Shown here: positions 21,030 to 36,392 of the stretch, piece by piece
How the letters are laid out: the number at the start of each line of letters is the position of its first letter
How positions within the stretch are numbered: the stretch's first letter is position 1
Assembly: GCA_964396185.1 (NCBI GenBank)
Contig: CAYNEI010000005.1
Coordinates: forward strand, 19,842-83,841
Source: an uncultured Thermoplasmatales archaeon
Lineage (GTDB): Archaea; Thermoplasmatota; SW-10-69-26
Length of the DNA stretch: 64,000 bases
Reading direction: 5' to 3'
Program-made: the position numbers and the translations under genes
Notes under the pieces: model-generated
Database searches by the model: none
What the model was told of the DNA's origin: nothing
What the model saw: only the letters and a program-made list of their open reading frames with translations

Positions 21030-24000
21030 ATGATCGGGTTGAAGCAGTTGGCAGCGCTGATCGCATCTCTCGCGATGGTCGCCAGCGGCGTCTTCGTCAC
21101 GGATGGCGGCGACGGGACCGTCGCGCTCTCGTCCACGCCTGGCGGGGGCACGGAAGCCGTCGCCGACGGCGCAGCGCCCATCCGGCTCGAGAACCTTCGC
21201 GTCTTCGACCTGACCGCCACCCAAGCCCGGCTGTCCGCTCCAGCCACGATCGAAGGCACCTTGGGGGATGTTACCGCCACGACGGCCACCACCCATGGAC
21301 CCGGTGCGATCCATTTCGGGGGCCAGCGCCTCACCGTCCCGCCTGGCGCGCGCCTCCACATCGACGCCCTGACGGGAAGCGCGTCCCTCGGAGATGCGGA
21401 TCTCTCCACCTTGGTGACCGCCGTGGGCACCGCTCAAGCGGTCACGATCCTTCCGCCCCAGGCCCCACCCGTCTCCACGCAAGCGAGCTCCAGCCAGGGT
21501 CTCACGGCCACGAGCCTGGAGATCGACGGAGCCGGGATCACCGGGAACCTGCGGGATGCAGGTCAGTTCGATCAGATCTCGTTCCAGGCTCCGCCGGCCC
21601 CTGCGGCCAGTCCTGCCCAGCAGCTCGCCTTGGGCAACGAGCTCTTCGACATCCACCACGAGAAGCGGGTCACCGTGGAGGATTTCGTCGGCGTCGTCGT
21701 GGCTCTGTGGATCGATGACGAAGAGATCCGGGTCAGGTTGGACGGGTACGGCAACGTCACCATCGGCGATGAGCGAAAGAACGTGAGCTACAGCGACGAG
21801 GTTAGCGTGCCGAACCCAGCAGGGGGCGATGTCTCGTTCGAGAACCAGCCTCCGGAAGCCAACTTCACGTACCGGCCCACGCTGCCCACCACGGGGGAGA
21901 CCGTGCACTTCGTGGACCGCTCCAGCGACGACATCGCGGTGAAGTCCTGGAAGTGGGACTTCGGCGACGGGTTCACCTCCACCGAGCAGCACCCCGAGCA
22001 CGCCTACGGGACGGATGGGACCTACCAGGTCACGCTCACCGTCACCGACGTGTTCGGCGAAGCCAGCGCCGTGACCCACCCGGTCCCGGTGGCCAACAGC
22101 CGGCCCAAGGTCACCTTCTCCTGGGACCCTGTCAACCCACTGGAGACAGAGACCGTCGTCTTCCAGGCGCGCGTCGAAGACAAGGACCACGACGTCGAAC
22201 GCGTGGAGTGGCGCTTCGAGGACGGCGTCACGATGGAAGGCGAAACCGTCAACAGGAGCTTCGAGGTCAAGGGTCTGTATAACGTCACCGTGGTGGCCAT
22301 CGATGCAGACGACGCGCGTGGCTGGGCCAACGACACGGTGCTCATCCGCAACGCTCCGCCCGTGGCTGGCTTCGAGCTCGAACCCACCAACCCGGTGGCT
22401 GGCACCCTGGCCACCCTGCGCTCCACCTCTCATGACCCTGGCGCCGGCCACATCACCAACACGACCTGGCACATCCCAGGCGTGGACACCTTGTACGGCA
22501 GCGAGGTGGACCTCACCTTCCCGCGCGACGGCTCGGTCCCTGTGCGCATCGTCGTCACCGACGATGATGGCGAGCGAACGCAACACGAGCGGGCTGTCGA
22601 GATCCGCAACCCCCCGCCCGAGGTCTCCATCCGCATGGTCCCCACGTACCCCAACCCTGGCGAGAGCGTGGACTTCTACGCAAGCGTCGTCGACGACGAC
22701 CAACCCGTGGACTCCCGGTGGTCCTTCACCGACGGCGTGGATCGCACCGGGCTCTCGGTCTCCCGCGTCTTCCCATCCGGCGGGGCCTACGGCGTTGATC
22801 TCTGGGTCCAGGACGAGGACGGCGCCAACGGGACCGCGGAGCGAACCTTCGATGTCAACCACCCACCCCGTGTCCGGCTGGGCGTGGACGGGGAGGGCAC
22901 GGACCTCGAACAGACCGCAGCGCTCACTGGCGAAGAGATCTTGATCGAAGCGCGGACGAGCGATGCTGACGGGAACGAGACCACCACCCGGTGGCTTGTC
23001 GATGGACGCAGCCCCGGTGCGCTCGGGCTCCAAGCTTGCCAGACGGCGCAAGGCGACCCGGAGACCCTCGTGTGCGCGTGGCCGGACGACGGCAACCACA
23101 CCGTGCGGGCCACCACCACGGACGACAACGGGGCCAGCAGCCGTGATAGCATCGAGGTCTTGGTCATCAACCGGGTCCCAACCCTGGACCCCGAGGTCCT
23201 CTCACCCATCGCGAACCTCGGCAGCCCAGTGTTGCTGCAGGCCAACGCCGAGGACGCCGACGGGACGATCGCCCTGGTCCAGTGGTTCATGGACGACGAG
23301 CTCGCCGCGGAAGGCCAAACCGCCGAGCTCACCTTCGAGGACGCAGGCCTCCAGCCCGTCACGGTCTCAGCGGTGGACGACGACGGTGCCCGCGAGAACG
23401 TGACCTTCCGCGTCGACGTCAACGCAGCGCCTACCATCGAGGCCAGCGCGACGCCACGGAGCGTCGAGGCCGGTGACCCCGTGCGCTTCCAAGCCGACGC
23501 CTTCGACCCGGACGGGCCGGACAGCGCCATCACGCTCGGCTGGGACTTCGGTGATGGCACGGGCTCCAACGACACCACCGTCGAGCACGCCTACACGAAG
23601 GCCGGCGAGTACAACGCGAAGGTCACGGCCACGGATGAGCACGGCGCCACCGCCCAGCAGACCTTCACGATCACGGTCACCACCCCCCCGCTCCAAACCC
23701 AGCTCTCCACGAGCCCCTCCACACCGCGGGCCAACGATCCCGTGCGCTTCGAGGTCTCCATCGCCGACGGGCGCACCATCGAGCGCATCGAGTGGGACCT
23801 AGGAGACCAGACAGAGCGCCAGACCGGGCCCGGCGTGGACAACATCACGCATATCTACGCTGAACCCCGGATCTACACGGTCACGGTCACAGTGCACGCG
23901 GACCGGGGAGACCAGGAGACCCACGTCGCCGAGGTGCGCGTGACCAGCGACGTGGCCCACCTCGTGAAGTTCGCACCCAGATTGCCTGATGGCCAGTGCG

Positions 24001-24728
24001 TGAACCTGGATGCGCCGAGCGTCTCCTTCAAGGTTGAGAACACGAACACCGGCGAGTCCGTCGCCCTGGAGGCGCCCAACGGCACCTACGTTTGGCAGCG
24101 CTCTGGGGCCTGCACCCTCTCCCAGGTCTACCCACCCGGGAAGTGGGCGCTTGGGGACCAGCTCTCCATCCAGGGCATGGTGGGAGGGGCGAGCACCACG
24201 GACCAACGACCGTTCAACACGAACGAGGAGATCGTGGACCTGGACTTCGTGCTCCGCGGCGTGCCCCTGGCCTTCGACACCTTCCAAGCGGTCAACCGAA
24301 CCCAAGCCACGACCCCGCTGAACCCGAGCGAGGACAAGACCACGTACCACGATCCCTACGAGCCCGTCTACATCCAAGGCGTGATGATCTGGGCTGAAGG
24401 TACGCCCGTGCGGCGCATGGATGTCAACATGAGCGTGAGCTACCGCGGCCCCATGGACCTTCTCGGAGGCTCCAGCCTGGAGTACCGGACGTGGACGGCG
24501 ACCACCGACGAGGATGGATCGTTCACGACCCTCGTACCGGCACCGATCATCGCCACGCGTGCCGAACACGAGCAGGACCCTGAAGGTGACAGCCTCATCT
24601 ACGCGCCAGGCTCTTACAGGGTGCGTGGTTCAGCCGGCTCGTCCGGCTTGTACAGCGCGTCGGCCGAGTTCATCGAGGATCCGGCCGCCATCATGAACGA
24701 GCTACGGGAGAACGGGATCTTCGTCTAG
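21030..24728 (+). CDS. Secreted/surface protein with about eight PKD (Ig-like) repeats
   Basis: Signal-like N-terminus MIGLKQLAALIASLAMVASG, repeated N.PP.....W.FGDG...VTLTV.D..G units; start could also be 20955 or 21009. Confidence 0.85.
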   Translation: MIGLKQLAALIASLAMVASGVFVTDGGDGTVALSSTPGGGTEAVADGAAPIRLENLRVFDLTATQARLSAPATIEGTLGDVTATTATTHGPGAIHFGGQRLTVPPGARLHIDALTGSASLGDADLSTLVTAVGTAQAVTILPPQAPPVSTQASSSQGLTATSLEIDGAGITGNLRDAGQFDQISFQAPPAPAASPAQQLALGNELFDIHHEKRVTVEDFVGVVVALWIDDEEIRVRLDGYGNVTIGDERKNVSYSDEVSVPNPAGGDVSFENQPPEANFTYRPTLPTTGETVHFVDRSSDDIAVKSWKWDFGDGFTSTEQHPEHAYGTDGTYQVTLTVTDVFGEASAVTHPVPVANSRPKVTFSWDPVNPLETETVVFQARVEDKDHDVERVEWRFEDGVTMEGETVNRSFEVKGLYNVTVVAIDADDARGWANDTVLIRNAPPVAGFELEPTNPVAGTLATLRSTSHDPGAGHITNTTWHIPGVDTLYGSEVDLTFPRDGSVPVRIVVTDDDGERTQHERAVEIRNPPPEVSIRMVPTYPNPGESVDFYASVVDDDQPVDSRWSFTDGVDRTGLSVSRVFPSGGAYGVDLWVQDEDGANGTAERTFDVNHPPRVRLGVDGEGTDLEQTAALTGEEILIEARTSDADGNETTTRWLVDGRSPGALGLQACQTAQGDPETLVCAWPDDGNHTVRATTTDDNGASSRDSIEVLVINRVPTLDPEVLSPIANLGSPVLLQANAEDADGTIALVQWFMDDELAAEGQTAELTFEDAGLQPVTVSAVDDDGARENVTFRVDVNAAPTIEASATPRSVEAGDPVRFQADAFDPDGPDSAITLGWDFGDGTGSNDTTVEHAYTKAGEYNAKVTATDEHGATAQQTFTITVTTPPLQTQLSTSPSTPRANDPVRFEVSIADGRTIERIEWDLGDQTERQTGPGVDNITHIYAEPRIYTVTVTVHADRGDQETHVAEVRVTSDVAHLVKFAPRLPDGQCVNLDAPSVSFKVENTNTGESVALEAPNGTYVWQRSGACTLSQVYPPGKWALGDQLSIQGMVGGASTTDQRPFNTNEEIVDLDFVLRGVPLAFDTFQAVNRTQATTPLNPSEDKTTYHDPYEPVYIQGVMIWAEGTPVRRMDVNMSVSYRGPMDLLGGSSLEYRTWTATTDEDGSFTTLVPAPIIATRAEHEQDPEGDSLIYAPGSYRVRGSAGSSGLYSASAEFIEDPAAIMNELRENGIFV

Positions 24729-24729
24729 A

Positions 24730-25578
24730 TCACACCCGCAGGAGCGGGGCGATCAGCTCGACCACGCTCTCGAGGGTCCGATCCGCCTCATCCAGAGGCG
24801 GTGAGAGCTCCACCACGTCGAAGACAGCGCACCGATCCCAGGCCGCCGTGAGCGCCTCGCGAGCCTCGTCCATGGTGAGTCGGGGGCTACCTGGCGCGGA
24901 GACGCCCGGAGCGATGTTGGCGTCCAACACGTCCACATCGAAGGAGAAGCACCATGAGGCGCCAGGCGTGAGGGCTGCAGCGACCGTCTCGTCCGGCGCG
25001 GCGCGCACCTCGTCGAGGCTGGCCCACGAGAGCCCCGCGGTGCGGCCCCAGGCGGCGAGCTCGTCGAACCGGGAGCGCTCCAGCGCCCCTGGATCGCTGG
25101 GGCGCTGGATGCCGAGGGGACGCACGAGGCTGGGGGGGACCAGACCCTCGCCGATCAAACGGCGGAAGCTCGACCCGCTCGTATGGACCGGCTCGTAAGC
25201 TCGAAGATCCAGGTGAACATCCAGGTAGGCCACGCCCACCTCGTCCAAGGCCCGCGCCGCGCCACGGACCACGGCGTAGGTGATCCCGTGGTCCCCACCG
25301 AAAACGACGGGCTTCCTGCCACCCACTAAGGCCTGCTCGACGCTTTGGCTGATCTGATCGAGGTCGGCCTCGAGGGCCCCGGGTTCGTTGGCGAGCTCGA
25401 GGCTCTCCACCTGAGCGGAGGAGGGGATGGCGCCTCGCTCCTCCAGGGCCTCGAACAGTCGAGCCGGCGCCTGGCTGGCGCCCGGGCGGCCATCGAGGTT
25501 GCGCACACCCTGGTCGAGGGGAGCTAGCAAGATGGAGAGCTCTGCACCAGCCACGTCGAGCAGAGAAAGCGCAACCAT
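24730..25578 (-). CDS. Arginase/ureohydrolase family protein (formimidoylglutamase-like)
   Basis: GRPGA, GGDHGIT, DVHLDLR, SFDVDVLD and APGVS motifs; start set at ATG 25578. Confidence 0.8.
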   Translation of the reverse strand: MVALSLLDVAGAELSILLAPLDQGVRNLDGRPGASQAPARLFEALEERGAIPSSAQVESLELANEPGALEADLDQISQSVEQALVGGRKPVVFGGDHGITYAVVRGAARALDEVGVAYLDVHLDLRAYEPVHTSGSSFRRLIGEGLVPPSLVRPLGIQRPSDPGALERSRFDELAAWGRTAGLSWASLDEVRAAPDETVAAALTPGASWCFSFDVDVLDANIAPGVSAPGSPRLTMDEAREALTAAWDRCAVFDVVELSPPLDEADRTLESVVELIAPLLRV

Positions 25579-25604
25579 TTGATGGTTGCGCGCCGTGTAC
25601 AAGC

Positions 25605-26264
25605 GTGCGCTTGGTGACCCTCGACCTCGATGGGACGCTGATCCGAACCACCGTCTTCGAGGCCGCCGCCCGAGAGCTGGGCCACGGCTCGGTCGTCGAC
25701 TACTTCGACCGCCTCTACTTCGATGGCCTTCTTTCCCTGGAGGCCACATTCTACGCTGAGTACGATCTCTTCCTCGACGTCCCCATCGCCCGGATCCACG
25801 AAGCCCTAGCAAGCGGCCCATGGCTCGAAAGCATCGAGGAGACCGTTGCGGAGTTGCGGGAGGCAGGTCTCGAGGTCTGGATCGTGACCGATCAACCGGA
25901 CTGGGCCGTGCTCTTCCTGGAGCGCTGGGGGCTCAACGAGGGCGTCTACACGGCCACCCGAAGCTGGGATGGCTGCGTCGGGCCAGTCGAAGAGCAGGTG
26001 TTCGAGAAGTGGCCAGCTCTGCGCACCAAGTTGAAGAGCGCAGGTATCGCTCCAAGCCAGGTGTGCCATGTGGGCAACGGGACCAACGACGTCCCGATCT
26101 TCGAGCACGTGGGAGCCAGCGTGGCCTTCAACCCTGACCACGCGACGATCAGCCAAGCCGCTGACCACACGATCCAGTCCGAGAGCTTGGAAGGCGTGGC
26201 GGAGTGGATCCGGGCACGGCGCGCAGCCACGGCTCAACGATCCGAGTCGAGGGTGTCCAGGTAG
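25605..26264 (+). CDS. HAD-superfamily hydrolase (phosphoserine phosphatase-like)
   Basis: Motif I LDLDGTL, motif IV variant GNGTND. Confidence 0.8.
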   Translation: MRLVTLDLDGTLIRTTVFEAAARELGHGSVVDYFDRLYFDGLLSLEATFYAEYDLFLDVPIARIHEALASGPWLESIEETVAELREAGLEVWIVTDQPDWAVLFLERWGLNEGVYTATRSWDGCVGPVEEQVFEKWPALRTKLKSAGIAPSQVCHVGNGTNDVPIFEHVGASVAFNPDHATISQAADHTIQSESLEGVAEWIRARRAATAQRSESRVSR

Positions 26265-26629
26265 TCCCCGCTCTCGATCCGCGCCCCCGTCTCGACCGGG
26301 TCACGCCAAGCGTAAACCCAGGCCTCCAGCGATGCGTCCTCCGGGGTCAAGACGTCGGCGGGCACCCGTTCGTACGGGCCACCGTGGTCCACCCCCTCGT
26401 AGGCGTCCAGGCGGGCCAGTGCGACCTCGGGTTCCCGGGCCAACCGGTAGAGGTCCCCGGTCACGGGGGCACCAGCGTCGTCGAGCACGAGGGCGGGAAG
26501 GCCCTGGACCTCGTAGAGGTGGCCTTGAACCGTGGCCATGGCAAGGTGTTCACCGTGGATCTCGAGGATCTGTCGGCCCGGGTTGGAGAACCCACGCCGA
26601 AGCGTCCCGTACACGAACAAGCGTTCCAC
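26234..26629 (-). CDS. Gamma-glutamylcyclotransferase (AIG2-like) family protein
   Basis: LFVYGTLRRG, LDAYEG and AWVY motifs. Confidence 0.85.
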   Translation of the reverse strand: MERLFVYGTLRRGFSNPGRQILEIHGEHLAMATVQGHLYEVQGLPALVLDDAGAPVTGDLYRLAREPEVALARLDAYEGVDHGGPYERVPADVLTPEDASLEAWVYAWRDPVETGARIESGDYLDTLDSDR

Positions 26630-26693
26630 GATCCATCTCCCTCCGACCCACCGTTGAGCGCGCCCGACGGACGCGAACCGGGAACCGCCAGCG

Positions 26694-27155
26694 TCAAGCG
26701 CCGCTTTCCACGTGGCCGGCGTCGACGACGACCTCGTCGATGTCCGTGTGCCGACCCACGAGCTGGGCGCACAGCTTCACGTTGCTGCCGCCTTTCCCGA
26801 TGGCTCGGCCCTTGTCCTTCGGCGCGACCTTGACCCGGGCGATGGTGGTCCCGTCTCGTCGGTCTTCGAGCTCGACCCCCTGGACCGCATGGGGTCGGAA
26901 GTAGTTGGCCACGAGCTGCTTGGGATCCTCGTCGAAGGCCACCACGTCGATGGTGAGCCCCATCTTGTCCCGGATGTTGCGCAGCCGCGAGCCGCCCTTC
27001 CCAACGGCTCTTCCCACCTCGTCCTCTGGGATGAGCACGACGAGCCGCTCGTCCTCGCGCTCCTCGACGAGGTCGATGACACGGGCTCCGCTGAGCTCCT
27101 CGAAGGTGGAGAGGAGTTGCATGGTGCGCAGATCGAGGGTCCGTTCACCGGCCAT
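26694..27155 (-). CDS. nusA: Archaeal NusA-like transcription factor
   Basis: Two KH domains (GRAVGKGG, GRAIGKGGSN); follows rpl30e; start ATG 27155. Confidence 0.92.
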   Translation of the reverse strand: MAGERTLDLRTMQLLSTFEELSGARVIDLVEEREDERLVVLIPEDEVGRAVGKGGSRLRNIRDKMGLTIDVVAFDEDPKQLVANYFRPHAVQGVELEDRRDGTTIARVKVAPKDKGRAIGKGGSNVKLCAQLVGRHTDIDEVVVDAGHVESGA

Positions 27156-27159
27156 CGGT

Positions 27160-27462
27160 TTACCGCGCAGCAGCTTGAAGGATCTCGCTCTCGCCAGGGT
27201 CCACGATGGCTGCCGCAGAGACGCCGAAGGGCTTGCCCAGGGCGGGTCCGAGCTCGACGTTGGTGCCTGTGAACTCGATGATGGGCACGCTCGCATCCTC
27301 CGCTGCAGCGAGCAACGCTTCTCGCCGCGCCTCTGGGAGGTTGCGGGAGAGGACCACCGCCTTGGCATCAGCCGTGTCGATGGCGGCGTTCGTGGACTTG
27401 TACCCGAGTTCGACCGTCCCTGTCTTGGATGCTGTTCTCAGCGCGCGCGTGATGTCGACCAT
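27160..27462 (-). CDS. rpl30e: 50S ribosomal protein L30e
   Basis: KTGTVELG, ELGPALGKPF, IVDPGESEI; conserved position in the RNAP operon. Confidence 0.93.
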   Translation of the reverse strand: MVDITRALRTASKTGTVELGYKSTNAAIDTADAKAVVLSRNLPEARREALLAAAEDASVPIIEFTGTNVELGPALGKPFGVSAAAIVDPGESEILQAAAR

Positions 27463-27464
27463 GA

Positions 27465-32283
<4,819 letters not shown>

Positions 32284-32287
<4 letters not shown>

Positions 32288-34101
32288 ACTAAGTCCTCCA
32301 GCTTCAGGCGCGGGGCCAGGCAAAGCGATTTGAGTTCATCGAGCAGGAGCTTGAACGCGTAGCTCATCTCGACGGGGTACACCTCGGCGTCATCGCCGCA
32401 GTTGGAGCACCGCGTGAAGCCCCGGCGGTCCTCGAAGGCGACCATGCCGCAGTTCTTACAGACCAGCACCTCGACCTTGTCGGACTCGTCGAGCAACCGG
32501 TCCTTGATGACCATGGCCGCGCCGTGGCCGATCAGGCAGTCGCGCTCCATCTCGCCGAAGCGCAGACCACCGTCCCGGGCGCGACCCTCGGTCGGCTGCC
32601 GGGTGAGGATCTGCACCGGTCCGCGGGAGCGGCTGTGCAGCTTGCCGGCGACCATGTGGTGGAGCTTCTGGTAGTAGATCGCACCGATGAAGATGTCCGC
32701 CTCGAAGCGCTCCCCAGTGACCCCGTCGTACATGGGCTCGCGCCCGCTGTGGTGGAAACCGTTCTCAACGAGGCCCTTGCGGAGCCCCTCCTCGGACTCG
32801 CCGTCGAAGGGCGTGCCGTCGATGCTGCGGCCATCCATGCTGCCCACCTTGCCGCCGATCATCTCGAGCACGTGGCCCACGGTCATCCGGGACGGGATGG
32901 CGTGAGGGTTGATCACGATGTCTGGAAGGACGCCGCTGGGGGTGAACGGGAGGTCCTCGGGTTCCGCGATGAGCCCGATGACCCCCTTCTGGCCGTGGCG
33001 GCTTGCGAACTTGTCTCCGAGCTCAGGCACGCGCTCGTCACGCATCTTGACCTTCACGAGCTTCGAGCCGCCGGTGGACTCGGTGAACATGACGCTGTCC
33101 ACCACGCCTCGCTCCCCGTGGCGCACGGTCACCGAGGTCTCGCGCCGCTTCTGGGGGGTGAGGAAGTCCTGTGGCTCCTCGAGGAAACGCGGGGGGCTCG
33201 TCTTCCCGATGAGCACATCGCCGGAACCGACGACGGCCTCGGGGCTGATCAAGCCATCCTCGCCCAACTGGGCGTAGGCTTCCTCGGGGCGCACCCCTTT
33301 CACGTCGGGGCTGGGGATCTCGAAGTGGTCCTCCTGGCCACCGGGGTATCGGCGTTCCTCGCTGGAGTAGGATCGGAAGAAAGCTGAGCGAGCAAGGGCG
33401 CGGTCGATGGAGGCGCGGTTGAAGATGAGCGCGTCCTCCATGTTGTAGCCCTGGTAGCTGGCCACGGCCACGATGTAGTTCTGGCCGGCTGGTCGCCGGT
33501 CGAAGTTGACGTAGTCTAGCGCTTGGGTGCGCACGAGCGGGGCTTGCGGGTAGTGCATGACGTGCCCGCGCGTGTCCGGGCGCGTGCGGTAGTTTGATTG
33601 GCCCAGCCCGAGGCTCTGCTTCCCCATGCCGGCTCCCATGGTGATGCGCGGGCTGGAGTTGTGCTCGGGGTAGGGGACGATGCTTGCACCGATGCCCAAG
33701 ATGACCATGGGATCGATCTCGAGGTGCGTGTGCTCGTCGGTGACGTCCTCGGGGCGCACGGCCACGTAGACGTTCTCCTCCTCCTCGGCGTCGATGTACT
33801 CGATCGCGCCCTCGCGGAGCATGTCACCCCACGCGAGCTCGCCGGCGGCGATCTGGGCGAGGTGCTCGTCGGTGATCCGTGGTTCGCCCTCGTCGATGAC
33901 GATGAGCGGCCGGCGCAGGCGTCCCGAGTCGGCGTTGATGTAGATGTCACCGGTCTCGTCGTCCATGCGGACGTTGACTTCGCCGCTGAGCAGGCCCTGG
34001 CGGCGGCGGGTCTTGACCTTCTCGTAGAGCTCGCCGGGGTTGTCGTGGAGCCCGACGATGTCGCCGTTGAGGAACACGCGCGCGCCTTCCATCTCGCTCA
34101 T
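32284..34101 (-). CDS. rpoB1: RNA polymerase subunit B' (Rpo2C)
   Basis: [28 protein letters not shown]; start 34101 overlaps the B'' stop. Confidence 0.95.
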
Positions 34102-35672
34102 TCGTCGCCACCTCCGTAGCGGGAGACCTCGAGGGGTTTGACGCCGAGGTCGTAGAGGCTGTGGCGGACGTCCTCGTTCTCTGTGCCCTCGCTGATCTCG
34201 GTCGTGAGCGCCATGTTCTTCACCAGGCCACAGTTGGGCCCCTCGGGGGTCTCGTTCGGGCAGAGCCGTCCCCACTGGGTGGGGTGCAAGTCGCGCGCCT
34301 CGAAGTGCGGCTGGCTACGCGTGAGCGGGCTGATGATCCGGCGCAGGTGCGAGAGCGCTGAGAGGTTGGCGGTGCGGTCGAGCAACTGGCTCACACCAGC
34401 TCGCCCGCCGACCCAGTTGCCGGTGGCCAGGGCATGGAGCAGGCGCTGGCTGAGCACGTCGCTTCGCACAGCCGTGGAGACCTTGAGCTCGCGGTTGCGC
34501 GAGTGGGCGCGCTCGAGCTGGTACTTGATGTCCTTGGCCAGCTGCATGAAGCTCACCCGGAAGAGGTCCTCCATGAGGTTGCCGGCCAGCTTGATGCGCT
34601 TGTTCGCGTAGTGGTCCTTGTCGTCCTCTTCGCGGTGGCCGAGCGCGAGCTCGAGCACGGTCCGGGACATCCGGCCCAGGAAGACCGCCTTCTTGATGCG
34701 GTCCTCCGGCTCGCCGCCCAGGTGCGGGAGCAGGGTGCGGTCCATGAGGCTCTCGGCGCGCTTGCGCCGGTACTCGCGGGCTTGTCCACCGGCCAGCTTG
34801 CGGCCGAGGAACTCGATGGCCTCGTCGTGGTTGGAGACGCCATGCTCCTCGCGCGCGTCCTCGATGTTGGCCAGGACCATGGGCATCATGTCGGGGTGCG
34901 TGACGACGTTGGTCACGAGCTCCTCGTCGGTCTCGAGACCAAGCGCACGCATGAACACGATGAGCGGGATCTGGTTGCTTGCCGTGGGCACGTCCACCAT
35001 GAGCGAGCCGTCGCGCTTCTTCTCGACGCTGATCAGCGCCCGGAAGCCGTCGCGCTGGCTGAAGACCTTGGCGACCTCGACGGCGCGGCCGTAGCGCTTG
35101 TTGAACTCGACCATGACCCGGTTCGGGGCCAGGTCCTCGAGGCTGATGAGCACGCGCTCGGAGCCGTTGATGATGAAGTAGCCACCGGGGTCGATGGGGT
35201 CCTCCTGGAGGCGCATGAGCTCGTGCTGGTACTCCTCGTCGGTGTAGGAGGCGTTCTGGAGCTCCTCGAGGTTGTCCTTGACGATGTTGCATCGGCAGGA
35301 CTTGACCATGATCGGGATGTTGCCGACGTTGACCTCCTCGGGCTCGTGCTCGATGCCCTCGAGCACCGGGATGAACTCCATGAAGATCGGCGCGTCGTAG
35401 GTCATGTTGCGAAGGCGGGCCTCCATGGGGGTCAGGTAGTCCGTGGACCCGTCGGCCTCCTTGCGCTGGGGCCGCCCGACGCGGCACTTGCCCAGCTTGA
35501 TCTTGTACCCTTCGACATCGGTCTGGATGATGCCTGGGGGGGTGTCCTCGTCGCCGATGTGGATGTTGGCGATGACCTTCTGGAGCCAGTGGTTGATGAA
35601 GTCGTCGAAGCTCGCGAGGTGGTGGTTGGCGACGCTTCGCTCCTGGTAGAACGCATCGACGAGTTCTCGCAT
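34098..35672 (-). CDS. rpoB2: RNA polymerase subunit B'' (Rpo2N)
   Basis: [39 protein letters not shown]. Confidence 0.95.
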   Translation of the reverse strand: MRELVDAFYQERSVANHHLASFDDFINHWLQKVIANIHIGDEDTPPGIIQTDVEGYKIKLGKCRVGRPQRKEADGSTDYLTPMEARLRNMTYDAPIFMEFIPVLEGIEHEPEEVNVGNIPIMVKSCRCNIVKDNLEELQNASYTDEEYQHELMRLQEDPIDPGGYFIINGSERVLISLEDLAPNRVMVEFNKRYGRAVEVAKVFSQRDGFRALISVEKKRDGSLMVDVPTASNQIPLIVFMRALGLETDEELVTNVVTHPDMMPMVLANIEDAREEHGVSNHDEAIEFLGRKLAGGQAREYRRKRAESLMDRTLLPHLGGEPEDRIKKAVFLGRMSRTVLELALGHREEDDKDHYANKRIKLAGNLMEDLFRVSFMQLAKDIKYQLERAHSRNRELKVSTAVRSDVLSQRLLHALATGNWVGGRAGVSQLLDRTANLSALSHLRRIISPLTRSQPHFEARDLHPTQWGRLCPNETPEGPNCGLVKNMALTTEISEGTENEDVRHSLYDLGVKPLEVSRYGGGDE

Positions 35673-35675
35673 GCT

Positions 35676-35924
35676 TCAGGCCTCCACGCAGAGCCGGTAG
35701 GCGACGGCTTCTCCAGCCGTCAGGCTCCGCCGGGTGATCTTGACGACGTTGCCCGGGCGGGCGCGCACGGAGAGCGCGCCTGGATCCGTGTTCAGGATCC
35801 GGGGCAGTTGTTCCCTGGTGATCTCGTAGCGCTCGAGCACCTCCTCGATCTCCTCATCTGTGAGGACCTCGTGGCGGGGCACGAACTCGTGGGCGAGCAC
35901 GTCGAACCGGAACGGTTTCGGCAT
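35676..35924 (-). CDS. rpoH: RNA polymerase subunit H (Rpo5)
   Basis: HEFVPRHEVL, QLPRI...DP, VVKITRRSLTAG; SD-like GAGGTG upstream of ATG 35924. Confidence 0.94.
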   Translation of the reverse strand: MPKPFRFDVLAHEFVPRHEVLTDEEIEEVLERYEITREQLPRILNTDPGALSVRARPGNVVKITRRSLTAGEAVAYRLCVEA

Positions 35925-36036
35925 CGGAGGGGCACCTCGGGGCGTCTTCCCAGGGACGAAGGGCGGATCGGGCCAACCACGCGAGCGGGCACCGAAGGCC
36001 TCGGGCCTCCGCACCCGCCAAGGCGGCCACCGCGAG

Positions 36037-36110
36037 CGGGCTCGGAGGGATTCGAACCCTCGGCCGTCCGGTTAAAAGCCGGACGCTCTACCTAGCTGAG
36101 CTACGAGCCC
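36037..36110 (-). tRNA. tRNA-Lys(TTT)
   Basis: Minus strand GGGCTCG...TCCGG-CTTTTAA-CCGGA...GAGGG-TTCGAAT-CCCTC-CGAGCCC-G. Confidence 0.95.
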
Positions 36111-36392
36111 GGGTTGGGTCGAGCATTTCGTAGGCCGAGCTGGAGGCGAAGGGCTGGTACGTCCGACACGCGTCCCACGTCAACACGACCCCGACCCGGT
36201 TAGATTGCTCACGTTGTGGTTAACTACGACTCGCCCTGGCGAACCTGGAAAGGCTGGACGGCTGGATAATAGCTCATGTATTAAAGCCTTCCGCCGGCCG
36301 GGCTCCCACGGGTGTCGCACGAGCTCTGTTCCTCCCAGCTACGAAACGGCCCAAGCAACGCCTTTTAGCCGTGGTCCTCCTGACGCGTACGT

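Noticed and set aside
20880..23099. Long antisense or alternative-frame ORFs (e.g. 20880-23099, 30785-32233, 34434-36095, 56445-58328, 62151-63665)
   Set aside because: Shadow ORFs typical of high-GC coding DNA; they overlap well-supported genes and have no recognisable motifs.
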